Source of the DNA: a virus
Taxonomy: Duplodnaviria; Heunggongvirae; Uroviricota; Caudoviricetes
DNA: 47,727 bases
Direction: 5' to 3' (one strand)
Virus record (IMG/VR): IMGVR_UViG_3300035501_000524
The notes under the pieces were generated by a model that was given only the letters and a program-made list of their open reading frames with translations, searched no databases and was not told the DNA's origin. Below are positions 10,038-18,646 of this stretch, piece after piece (position 1 is the first letter of the stretch; each line of letters starts with the position of its first letter). A program made the position numbers and the translations under genes.

Positions 10038-10625
10038 ATGATTACAACATCTAAAGAATACTATGATCTACTTTATAGAATTCAAGATGAAAATGCTCCA
10101 AGCATAGCCGTTTTACTTCCTAGCACTGAAACAATCTATGATATTGATTTAAATACTCGTACGATTGCAGCGCCTGAGTTTTTAAGCGTTGAAAAGGACC
10201 ATCGCGCAGAAACTATTTTCTTTAAAGTAAATAGATATTTTGATCATGTAGATTTAACTACCACTACTTGCATTATTAAATATATTAATGCAAAAGGTGA
10301 AGGTCGAATTTTTGCGGTTCCATACTATGATGTGGATACATTATCTGATGAGAATAAAATGATTATTCCTTGGGTAATTGATGGAGACGTAACTAAGGCT
10401 TCTGGAGACGTTCAATATTCTATTGAATTTTATCGTTTAAACAGTTCCGGTAGAAAATTTGAATATAGCTTGGGGACTCTTACTTCTGTAAGTAAAGTAT
10501 TACATGGCATTGACCAAGACACTGAATTTGATGAGCAAGAAGATCATTTAGCTTCTATAAGCGCAGAAATTTTTGCTCGAATTGATGCAATCTCTAAAGA
10601 TGACGTTTATTGGATAACGTTATAA
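10038..10625 (+). CDS. BppU-like baseplate upper protein (single domain)
   Basis: SVEKDHRAETIFFKVNRYFDHVDL...IIPWVIDGDVTKASGDVQYSIEFY, paralogous to the N-part of 8072-10003. Confidence 0.7.
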   Translation: MITTSKEYYDLLYRIQDENAPSIAVLLPSTETIYDIDLNTRTIAAPEFLSVEKDHRAETIFFKVNRYFDHVDLTTTTCIIKYINAKGEGRIFAVPYYDVDTLSDENKMIIPWVIDGDVTKASGDVQYSIEFYRLNSSGRKFEYSLGTLTSVSKVLHGIDQDTEFDEQEDHLASISAEIFARIDAISKDDVYWITL

Positions 10626-10630
10626 TATAA

Positions 10631-10669
10631 AGGGGAGAGTATAGGAAACTATACTCTCCCCTATTTTTT
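10631..10669 (+). terminator. Rho-independent terminator
   Basis: 14-bp stem AGGGGAGAGTATAG/CTATACTCTCCCCT, GAAA loop, T-run. Confidence 0.9.
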
Positions 10670-10672
10670 GTT

Positions 10673-10720
10673 TTGGTCAAAAGGCATAAATAAATATTAT
10701 TAAAATTTTATATCTTATAG
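10673..10720 (+). promoter_or_regulatory. Candidate phage late-promoter motif copy (TTGGTCAA-N25-TTTTA-TAT)
   Basis: Intergenic, immediately after a terminator and before the tail-fibre gene; same spacing as two other copies. Confidence 0.45.
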
Positions 10721-10762
10721 ACAAAGAAAATAAAATGTGAAAAGGAGGTAGCTTAGTAAGTA

Positions 10763-13700
10763 ATGGCTAATAATGTAAAATTTACTACAGGTTTAGAATC
10801 TAATTTACCAAGTACCAAAGAAGCCGGTAAAGTTTACTTTGCCGTTAATGATAATAATGAAGGCTCTATTTACTTTGATAAAGATAGTAATACTAGAGTT
10901 AAAATGACAACTGCCGCAAGATCACTTACGATTAATGGTGTTGAAAAAGGTACTGCTAGTTTAGATAATTCTTCTAACCCTACTATTACTTTGAAATCAA
11001 ATACCTTCGTAATCGGCACAGGAGCAACCGCAGGAACATGGACTGGTTCTCTCGATGGAACAGGAATTTCTGCTTTATATGATGGTTTAATTATTGATTA
11101 TTGGACAAATATTGCCGGAAAAAGCTCTAGTCCTTATACAACTTTAAATTTAGCTTTAACAAATGGACAAGAAACTGGAGCTAAGAATGTTTATTATGGA
11201 GGAACTACTAGGTTAGGAACTCATTATGCAGTTGGAAATATTTTAAGAATGGTTTATCGTTCTGGAGTAAGTATTAATGGAACTACTTATGAGGGATGGT
11301 GGGTAACTGCCCAATATGATTCCAATACTTATGATAGATTAAGATATTCACAAGCGATTAAAGCGAGTACTGCAATCACTGGCAAAAATATTATTGTTGG
11401 AAAAGATGGAGGTTATTTTCATTTAAACAGTGGAAATGATTTTGATATTACATATCCAATTATGTATGCAATTTCAAATATTTCTGCTTCTAGCACAGGA
11501 ACAGACAATTATTTAACTATTCCATTTACAATTACAACAACTCAAAGTATTACATTAACTGCATATCAGCCAGTTTATATTAAGGGTACTTTAAATGGAA
11601 CGACTTTTACGCCAATTAGTACAACACCATTAGTTCAAACTGTTGGTGATGATGGATATTATATTTTGCTTGGTGTAGCTTATAGCACTACTGGTGTTTA
11701 TTTATTACCAGAAAATCCTGTTTATGCGAATGCTAATGGGGTTATTGGACAAGTTGCTAATTTAGCAAGAACTGCTCAATACGCTCAATACGCTTCTGGC
11801 GATACTACACCCATCAGAGAGAAATATATCAGCGAATTATCTCTTAGTGGACAAACTTTAACGGTTATAAAAGGAGACAATAATAAATCTACTTTAACTA
11901 CTCAAGATCAAAATGTTACACAAACTGCGACTTCTACAAATGCTAATTACGAGGTGCTATTTTCTAATACAGCAGATAATACTACTAGAACTGAAGGCGC
12001 TAGAAAAAATAGTAATTTAACTTTTAATCCAAGTACTGGAAAACTTACCGCAACTACTTTTGCGGGTGTTTTATCTGGAAATGCATCAACCGCAAGTGCA
12101 TGGGCTACAAGTAGCTTATTTTATATTCAAGATGATGATGGCCATCAAGGTTCTGGTGTTGGAGTAAATGGTAGTGCTTCCGAGGTAATTTTAAAATTAC
12201 CATCTACTATCAAAGCAACTTTAGAAGGTAATGCAGATAGTGCTACTAAATTGGCTACACCTATAACTATCCAAACTGATCTCTCTTCTACCTCAGCTGC
12301 TTCTTTTGATGGTTCTGTTAGTATAACCCCTGGTATAACAGGTACTTTAGCAGTTGGTCATGGAGGCACTGGCGCAACTACATTTACTCTTGGCTATGCT
12401 TTAATTGGTAATGGTACTAGTGCGATTGCAACAAGAGCTATTACTAATAATGCTTCGATCAGCGCAGTTACTGCTAATACGAATTTAATTACAGCTAATA
12501 CATTGGCTTATTGGAATGGTGCTTATTCTGGCACATCTTCTAATCTTGCTTATCTAGGAATAGTTAAGGGTGGAACTTGGAACGCTACAACTATTGGAAC
12601 TGCTTATGGAGGTACTGGCTTAACTAGTTTTACAGCTAATAGAATTTATTATCCGAGTTCAACATCTGCATTAAGCGCATCTTCTCATTATATAAATAGT
12701 TCTAAGATAGCTATTAATAGTACATCAGAACCATCTTATAATTTTTATGTTAATGGATCAAGTTATTTAGGCGGAAATATAACCACTTCTGGAATAAATA
12801 TTAATTATGCAGGCTCTCAGAAAACTTGGAGTATGATTCGTTTTATTGATAACACTTCTAATGTTTATGGAAATGGAATTTCTATTGGCGGTGGTGGTGT
12901 GGTTTTAGTTGGAGCAGGCGAGAGTGCTAGTAATATGGAAAGTTTAGTTAGCCCATACGCTGAAACACTATATTTATTATCTGATGCTGCGATTAATTTA
13001 GAAGCAAATGCAAATAGTACTGCCAATAGAATTGGTGCTCAAATAACTACATCTGGTAATATAGTTCCTATAAAAGCTGAAGAAACGAATGCAAATGCTC
13101 AAAGTCTTGGTGTAAGTGGGAATGGATGGAGTAAACTATATGTGGGCTCTGATGATTCTTATGGTGATTCAACAATTCCGATCTACTGGAATAATGGAGT
13201 TCCAACAGCTTGTACATATAGTTTAAATTCAAAAGTAAATAGTAGTGGCACTTCTAATACATTAGCTTATTATTCTGGAACAAATGAAATTAGTTCTTAT
13301 ACATCTCCTAAAGGTAGTGGAATTAAATTATGGTATTTAAATGCTGGAGTTCCAACAGAAAGTAGTTCAACAGTTGGGTCTAGTACTGATCCAGTATATT
13401 TAAATTCTGGCACTATTACAAAATGTCTTTATTCATTAGGGGCAAATGTAAAGAGTGGAACTGCAAATCGAGCTACTTATTTTAATGAATCAAATACAGT
13501 ATCTGCGGCAGGTTCAATTTATATGACAAGTAGTCAAATTGGTATTAATACAACTTCATTAAGTTCGCCATATTTGATTACAACTTCTTCAAACACTCAA
13601 ACTACAGTAACCCCTTCTCTGCAAGTTAACGGATACTCATATTATACAAATACAGCTATATATGCAGCTGATATGAGAGCTATTGAATTTAGACCTTCTG

Positions 13701-14986
13701 GAAGTATATATAATTCATATATTTATTTTGGAACTGCTGGTAATGAAGCTTTAAACTTTGTAAATAATCAATCTCTTACATCATTTATTTTTTGGACTGG
13801 GAATAGAGTTGAAGGCAGTAGTCAATGGTTTCTTGATAGTGATGGTAATGGACGATCTGATAATCCAGCATTACAGATAAAAAAGAATTGTGTTTATATT
13901 AATAAATTACTTTCAGATGGAGTTACTCCTGGTTATAACCTATATGTAAATGGAACAAGTTTTTTTAATGGACAAATTACTTCAGCAGGAAATATAGATC
14001 CTTTAACAGATAGCCTTTCGCTTGGATCTTCTGATTATAAATGGAGTAAATTATATGTTGGAACAGCAGATTCTTATGGAAGTTCTACAAAACCTATTTA
14101 TTGGAATGCTGGTGTCCCAGCTGCTTGCACTTATAGCTTAAATGCAGCAGTCTTTAGTGGCACTGAATATGGCGTTGCTTATTATTCTACTGCAGTGAGT
14201 CTTACTAGTACCAGTGCAGGAACTTCTGGATATTTGCTTCAAGGGAATGGTTCAGCGGCTCCTTCATGGATTCAAGCAACTAACTCTAATACTGCAAGTA
14301 CAGTAGTAAAGCGTGATTCAAGTGGTAATTTTAGTGCAGGAACTATTACTGCCAGCTTATTAGGAGATGCAACAACTTCTTCTTATCCGCTTGGATTTGA
14401 TAGTAGAGAATCATCTTGGACATGGGGAACCCTTACGACTGATAATGACTATACTCAAATAACAAATTGGAAAACATCTAATGGTTCAAGTATTGCTTTT
14501 GCTGAAAAAAATAAAGCTCTTTATCTTCAAATAGATGGTTTTATTTATCAAAATGAAGGTAAATATCTTGTTCTTGATAATAATAATTATACTAATTATA
14601 CTGTAACTCAAACTGGTTCTGGAGCTTCTGGAACTTGGGGTATTAGTATCTCAGGAACTGCTGCTAAAGCAACTCAACTTGCTACTGCGAGACGTTTATG
14701 GGGTAATTCTTTTAATGGCACCGCTGATATTAGCGGAAATATCACTGTTAGCGTAGACGGAGAAGCTAATTTAACCCTTACACGTACAGATACAAATACC
14801 TCTGGAGGTATGTATGTTCAAGGATATGAAGATGGATCTCTTGGATTCAGGACTCGTGTAGGATCTGATTCTTGGGATTATTTATTATATTTACGTAGCG
14901 ATTATGGTGTTATTCTTACAACTAAAAATCGTGGAACTTCACTTCCATCAAGTGGAGTAAATGGACAAATATTTTTTAAATATTAA
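10763..14986 (+). CDS. Long tail fibre / receptor-binding protein
   Basis: S/T/G/N-rich; fibre-typical segments GNADSATKLAT, GTLAVGHGGTGATT, IGTAYGGTGLTS, VVKRDSSGNFSAGTITA, ARRLWGNSFNGTADI; internal repeats. Confidence 0.85.
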   Translation: MANNVKFTTGLESNLPSTKEAGKVYFAVNDNNEGSIYFDKDSNTRVKMTTAARSLTINGVEKGTASLDNSSNPTITLKSNTFVIGTGATAGTWTGSLDGTGISALYDGLIIDYWTNIAGKSSSPYTTLNLALTNGQETGAKNVYYGGTTRLGTHYAVGNILRMVYRSGVSINGTTYEGWWVTAQYDSNTYDRLRYSQAIKASTAITGKNIIVGKDGGYFHLNSGNDFDITYPIMYAISNISASSTGTDNYLTIPFTITTTQSITLTAYQPVYIKGTLNGTTFTPISTTPLVQTVGDDGYYILLGVAYSTTGVYLLPENPVYANANGVIGQVANLARTAQYAQYASGDTTPIREKYISELSLSGQTLTVIKGDNNKSTLTTQDQNVTQTATSTNANYEVLFSNTADNTTRTEGARKNSNLTFNPSTGKLTATTFAGVLSGNASTASAWATSSLFYIQDDDGHQGSGVGVNGSASEVILKLPSTIKATLEGNADSATKLATPITIQTDLSSTSAASFDGSVSITPGITGTLAVGHGGTGATTFTLGYALIGNGTSAIATRAITNNASISAVTANTNLITANTLAYWNGAYSGTSSNLAYLGIVKGGTWNATTIGTAYGGTGLTSFTANRIYYPSSTSALSASSHYINSSKIAINSTSEPSYNFYVNGSSYLGGNITTSGININYAGSQKTWSMIRFIDNTSNVYGNGISIGGGGVVLVGAGESASNMESLVSPYAETLYLLSDAAINLEANANSTANRIGAQITTSGNIVPIKAEETNANAQSLGVSGNGWSKLYVGSDDSYGDSTIPIYWNNGVPTACTYSLNSKVNSSGTSNTLAYYSGTNEISSYTSPKGSGIKLWYLNAGVPTESSSTVGSSTDPVYLNSGTITKCLYSLGANVKSGTANRATYFNESNTVSAAGSIYMTSSQIGINTTSLSSPYLITTSSNTQTTVTPSLQVNGYSYYTNTAIYAADMRAIEFRPSGSIYNSYIYFGTAGNEALNFVNNQSLTSFIFWTGNRVEGSSQWFLDSDGNGRSDNPALQIKKNCVYINKLLSDGVTPGYNLYVNGTSFFNGQITSAGNIDPLTDSLSLGSSDYKWSKLYVGTADSYGSSTKPIYWNAGVPAACTYSLNAAVFSGTEYGVAYYSTAVSLTSTSAGTSGYLLQGNGSAAPSWIQATNSNTASTVVKRDSSGNFSAGTITASLLGDATTSSYPLGFDSRESSWTWGTLTTDNDYTQITNWKTSNGSSIAFAEKNKALYLQIDGFIYQNEGKYLVLDNNNYTNYTVTQTGSGASGTWGISISGTAAKATQLATARRLWGNSFNGTADISGNITVSVDGEANLTLTRTDTNTSGGMYVQGYEDGSLGFRTRVGSDSWDYLLYLRSDYGVILTTKNRGTSLPSSGVNGQIFFKY

Positions 14987-15027
14987 AATATATAATCTTA
15001 TATATTACTATAAAAAAGGAGGTAAAA

Positions 15028-15600
15028 ATGGCAACAGTTTTAGGAAGCGAGACTGGAACAGAGAATTCAAAATTTAAAGTGGGCCTTTACTATTCTATTT
15101 CATATGGAACTAGTACCTGGACAATTAAGTATAAAGTTGGAATAAGCGTTACAGAAGGCAATTTTCAAGGAAGCTTTATTCAATATAGTGGTGCACAATA
15201 TAATAATAATGATGACGGTTGGACAAGTGTTGGATGGAGTCCGTCTGGATCAACATTAGATAGCACTGGATTATATTGTGTAAGTGACGAAAAAACTCAA
15301 ACAGCTTCTTATGGGGAAAATATTAAAATTAGAGTAAAAGCTGGATATACTGGTAAGTCAGGAACTGTTTATAGATCATATTTAACAGCAACTTTTAAAG
15401 CAGTTAAAGCTTATGATACTTATACATATAATAATAATATATATAATGGTGGATGGAAATCCGGAATTCCTTATGTTTATATTAATGGATGGCGTCAAGC
15501 TTTTCCGTATGTTTATATTAATGGTGCTTGGAAACCAACCTTTACAACAACGAGTCATGCAAATAATGCAGGGTTATCGACATCAACAAGTTCTTGGTGA
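15028..15600 (+). CDS. Tail-fibre-associated beta-rich protein with a duplicated C-terminal PYVYING motif
   Basis: AAGGAGG RBS; follows the fibre gene; aromatic-rich C-terminus. Confidence 0.7.
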   Translation: MATVLGSETGTENSKFKVGLYYSISYGTSTWTIKYKVGISVTEGNFQGSFIQYSGAQYNNNDDGWTSVGWSPSGSTLDSTGLYCVSDEKTQTASYGENIKIRVKAGYTGKSGTVYRSYLTATFKAVKAYDTYTYNNNIYNGGWKSGIPYVYINGWRQAFPYVYINGAWKPTFTTTSHANNAGLSTSTSSW

Positions 15601-15615
15601 TAAGGAGGAAAAAAT

Positions 15616-16026
15616 ATGGAAACTTTTTTACAAATATTAACAGATATTTTTGAAGTGTGTATTATTCCTTTACTTGGTATTTTAACTACATATTTAGTTA
15701 AATATATCCAAGCAAAGAATGAAGCTTTTAATGCAGAGTCAGATTCTGCATTAGCTAAAAAGTACACAGATATGCTAACAGATACAATTACTACTTGTGT
15801 AATTGCAACGAATCAAACTTATGTAGAAACTTTAAAACAGCAAGGCTCATTTGATAAGACTGCGCAAGAAGCAGCTTTTCAAGAAACCTTAACTGAAGTT
15901 TTAAAAATTTTAAATGATGATGCTAAAACTTATTTAAAAGAAGCATATGGCGATTTAGATGCTTATATCATTAATATGATTGAAGCAACAGTAAATGAAC
16001 AAAAAACTAAAAAGGGAACCTCTTAA
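15616..16026 (+). CDS. Holin-like membrane protein (LL-H-like)
   Basis: Single N-terminal hydrophobic helix (IIPLLGILTTYLVKYI), helical soluble tail with basic C-terminus, position after tail genes. Confidence 0.6.
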   Translation: METFLQILTDIFEVCIIPLLGILTTYLVKYIQAKNEAFNAESDSALAKKYTDMLTDTITTCVIATNQTYVETLKQQGSFDKTAQEAAFQETLTEVLKILNDDAKTYLKEAYGDLDAYIINMIEATVNEQKTKKGTS

Positions 16027-16047
16027 TTGAGGTTCCCTTATTTTTTT
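16012..16047 (+). terminator. Rho-independent terminator ending the tail/holin unit
   Basis: 11-bp stem AAGGGAACCTC/GAGGTTCCCTT plus T7. Confidence 0.9.
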
Positions 16048-16089
16048 GTTCATTTTTAACAAAAATCTATAATATATTTTTGTTCAAAG

Positions 16090-16139
16090 TATACAAAACA
16101 TATAGCGTGTTAAACCGATCGGTTTAATACTTTTGTATA
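16090..16139. repeat. Perfect 18-bp palindrome (16110-16127) nested in a 9-bp inverted repeat
   Basis: TTAAACCGATCGGTTTAA is self-complementary; TATACAAAA (16090-98) and TTTTGTATA (16131-39) flank it. Confidence 0.85.
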
Positions 16140-16282
16140 AATTTTATAAAAGTATTTAAAATTTTTGAGAAAAGTTTATGCAACATTTCAGGGTTTTATT
16201 TTAAAATTTTGCCCATTCAAAAATCAATATATAATGTAAGAAAGAGAGAAAAATTTTCTTACAGAAAGGAAGTATACTTTTT

Positions 16283-16741
16283 ATGTATCCTACAAATAAT
16301 AGCTATTATAACCAAATGCAACCTCAAACTCAATACTATCAAAATCAGATGCAGAGTCCTTCTTCAATGATGCGTCCTCAGATGATGGCGACTGTAAAAG
16401 GTAGACCTGTATCATCTATTGAAGAAGCGAGAGCTGCTACAATAGATTTTGATGGTTCGATTTTTTATTTCCCAGATTTGGCAAATAAAAAAATTTACAC
16501 AAAGCAGATAAATATGGATGGCACAGCCACACTAAACATGTACGAATTGAAAGAAATGCCTGTTGAACCACCGTTGAATAGTTCTGCTTATGTAACACGA
16601 GAAGAATTTGAGATAGCTATGACTCAATTAAAAAGTTTTTTAAGTCAACCTTCTACGGCATCGACGACCCCGATGAGCGAGCCGCAACCGCAAAAAGCTG
16701 AACAAGAAAAATCAAAAGAGCCATTAAACTTAAACTTTTAA
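16283..16741 (+). CDS. Cassette gene 1: hypothetical protein with Q/M/Y-rich low-complexity N-terminus and a compact central domain
   Basis: AAGGA RBS; NQMQPQTQYYQNQMQSPSSMMRPQMM followed by VKGRPVSSIEEARAATIDFDGSIFYF. Confidence 0.85.
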   Translation: MYPTNNSYYNQMQPQTQYYQNQMQSPSSMMRPQMMATVKGRPVSSIEEARAATIDFDGSIFYFPDLANKKIYTKQINMDGTATLNMYELKEMPVEPPLNSSAYVTREEFEIAMTQLKSFLSQPSTASTTPMSEPQPQKAEQEKSKEPLNLNF

Positions 16742-16753
16742 GGAGGTAATATA

Positions 16754-16993
16754 ATGAATATTAATCCTATGCAGTTTATTCAATTAATTAGAAATGGCGG
16801 AAACCCACAACAATTAATGATGAATCTTTTAAGCCAAATGCAGGGAACTCCTATGGGTAACAACCTCTTAAGTATGGCGCAAGCTAATGATACAAAAGGT
16901 ATTGAACAATTAGCTAGAAATTTATGCCAACAGAGAGGTGTAGATTTTGACCAAGAATTTAGTAATTTTAAACAAATGCTTGGCCTCAGATAA
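16754..16993 (+). CDS. Cassette gene 2: small Q/M/N-rich helical hypothetical protein
   Basis: AAGGAGG RBS; MNINPMQFIQLIRNGGNPQQLMMNLL. Confidence 0.85.
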   Translation: MNINPMQFIQLIRNGGNPQQLMMNLLSQMQGTPMGNNLLSMAQANDTKGIEQLARNLCQQRGVDFDQEFSNFKQMLGLR

Positions 16994-17013
16994 TTTTAAA
17001 AGGAGGAACCAAT

Positions 17014-17730
17014 ATGTTTAATCAAGGTTCAGGATATTCATTATCAGATATTGCAGCTGCTTCTGGAAATCGTGGAGAAGCTGGCTGGACAGATGGCATG
17101 GGAGCTTGGTGGATTATAATCCTATTCTTATTCGTCTTTATGGGCGGAGGTTGGGGAGGCAACTGGGGTAATGGAGCTAATTCAGCTGCAACTCAGGGCG
17201 CCTTAACTAGAGCAGATTTAAGTCAAGACTTAAACTTCCAGAATGTAGAAAATGGTGTTAGAGGAGTTCAGCAAGGACTTTGTGATGGATTCTATACTAA
17301 CAACACAACTCTATTGACCAATTTTGGTAACGTGCAACGTGATTTGTGTACAGGATTTAGTTCTGTTGCACAAGGTTTTAATACAGTAAACGCTAACTTA
17401 GCTGATAATCGTTATGCAATGCAGTCTTGTTGCTGTGATACAAACCGCAATATAGATGCAGTTAGATATGATAATTCTCGAAATACTTGTGAAATAACTC
17501 AAGCAATTAGAGAAGAAGCTGAACAAACAAGAGCTTTAATTAATGCTAACACAATGCAAGAGTTACGTGATAGATTAGAAGCTAAGAATAATGAGCTACA
17601 GTCAGCTAACTTCCAGTTATCTCAATGCGCTCAGAACGCTTACTTAGTAAATGAACTTCGTCCATGTCCAATTCCTGCATATTTGACGGGTAGTCCATAT
17701 GCAGCTTATTCTAATGGATGTAGTTGTTAA
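17014..17730 (+). CDS. Cassette gene 3: Gly/Trp-rich hydrophobic N-terminus, coiled-coil, Cys-rich (SCCCD, C-terminal GCSC)
   Basis: AGGAGG RBS; AWWIIILFLFVFMGGGWGGNWG; helical heptad-like segment. Confidence 0.85.
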   Translation: MFNQGSGYSLSDIAAASGNRGEAGWTDGMGAWWIIILFLFVFMGGGWGGNWGNGANSAATQGALTRADLSQDLNFQNVENGVRGVQQGLCDGFYTNNTTLLTNFGNVQRDLCTGFSSVAQGFNTVNANLADNRYAMQSCCCDTNRNIDAVRYDNSRNTCEITQAIREEAEQTRALINANTMQELRDRLEAKNNELQSANFQLSQCAQNAYLVNELRPCPIPAYLTGSPYAAYSNGCSC

Positions 17731-17757
17731 GTAAATAAGTAAAGGAGATTTGTATTT

Positions 17758-18177
17758 ATGGAAATTACTGCGACAACAGCTCAAACAGTAGCAGCTAATC
17801 AAGATATATTATTTACGAATACTGCGGTTGAAGGTAACTGCAGTATTCTCCATAGAAGTGGAAGCGGGCTTGTTAATTTGCGCGGTCTAACGCAACAATG
17901 CAGAGCTCGTTACAGAGTCACTTTTGGATGTAATATAGCAGTTCCAACAGGTGGCACAGCTGATTCAATCTCGGTAGCAATTACTATTGATGGAGAACCT
18001 ATTGCTTCTTCAATGATGATTTCTACTCCTGGAGCAGTTGATGATTATAATTCAGTATCTGGCGCAATTTTTATTGATGTCCCAAAAGGATGCTGCTCTC
18101 AAGTTAGTATTAAAAATACTTCAACACAATCTATCTTAGTTCAAAATGCTAATTTAATTGTTGAAAGGGTGGCGTAA
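17758..18177 (+). CDS. Cassette gene 4: Cys-containing beta-sandwich protein resembling the BclA C-terminal/C1q-TNF-like fold
   Basis: AAGGAG RBS; TTAQTVAANQDILF...YRVTFGCNIA...SVAITIDGEPI...VSIKNTS...NANLIVERV strand pattern. Confidence 0.75.
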   Translation: MEITATTAQTVAANQDILFTNTAVEGNCSILHRSGSGLVNLRGLTQQCRARYRVTFGCNIAVPTGGTADSISVAITIDGEPIASSMMISTPGAVDDYNSVSGAIFIDVPKGCCSQVSIKNTSTQSILVQNANLIVERVA

Positions 18178-18603
18178 ATGAAAGATCTTAAAAGAATGAA
18201 AAAAATGCTTATGGAACAAGTGGAAATGGAATTAGAAAATCCACAGTGCGCAGATACTAAAGAATTAGGCGAAGTTGTAGATATGATTAAAGATATTGCT
18301 GAAACAATGTATTATTGCAGCATTGTAAAAGCAATGGAAGAATCAGATTCAGAAGAAATTATGACGCATCATGATGCCTATCAACCGCACACAATGAAAG
18401 AAGATAGACCTATTGAAAAACATTATCACGAATATAAAGAAGTTAAAAAAATGAGTAATGACCCAATTCTTTCAATGCAACACCTTGAAGGCTATATCAA
18501 TGAGCTTCAAAAAGATGTAATGGAAATGGCATCCACTGCATCTCCAGAAGAAAAACAACTGCTACAAAAGAAGATAGCTGTACTTGCTTCTAAATTAGCA
18601 TAA
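18178..18603 (+). CDS. Cassette gene 5: helical, Met/Glu-rich hypothetical protein
   Basis: ATG directly follows the TAA of gene 4 (translational coupling); DTKELGEVVDMIKDIAETMYYC. Confidence 0.85.
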   Translation: MKDLKRMKKMLMEQVEMELENPQCADTKELGEVVDMIKDIAETMYYCSIVKAMEESDSEEIMTHHDAYQPHTMKEDRPIEKHYHEYKEVKKMSNDPILSMQHLEGYINELQKDVMEMASTASPEEKQLLQKKIAVLASKLA

Positions 18604-18644
18604 AAAAATAAGGGAAGAACTTTTATAGTTCTTCCCATTTTTTT
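18603..18644. terminator. Bidirectional terminator at the convergence of the + and - transcription units
   Basis: Stem GGGAAGAACT/AGTTCTTCCC with an A-run upstream and a T-run downstream. Confidence 0.85.
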
Positions 18645-18646
18645 GT

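Noticed and set aside
10763-15600. Possible diversity-generating retroelement target in the tail fibre
   Set aside because: No reverse transcriptase and no near-identical TR/VR pair differing at adenines was seen in the window; the fibre repeats are diverged at synonymous positions
15413-15767. ORFs 15413-15640 (+) and 15555-15767 (-)
   Set aside because: They overlap well-supported genes in other frames, and the first arises from the AT-rich tandem repeat
16209-16235. TTGCCC...TATAAT as a sigma-A promoter for the cassette
   Set aside because: The spacer is only 15 bp and the -35 is poor; not supported enough to call
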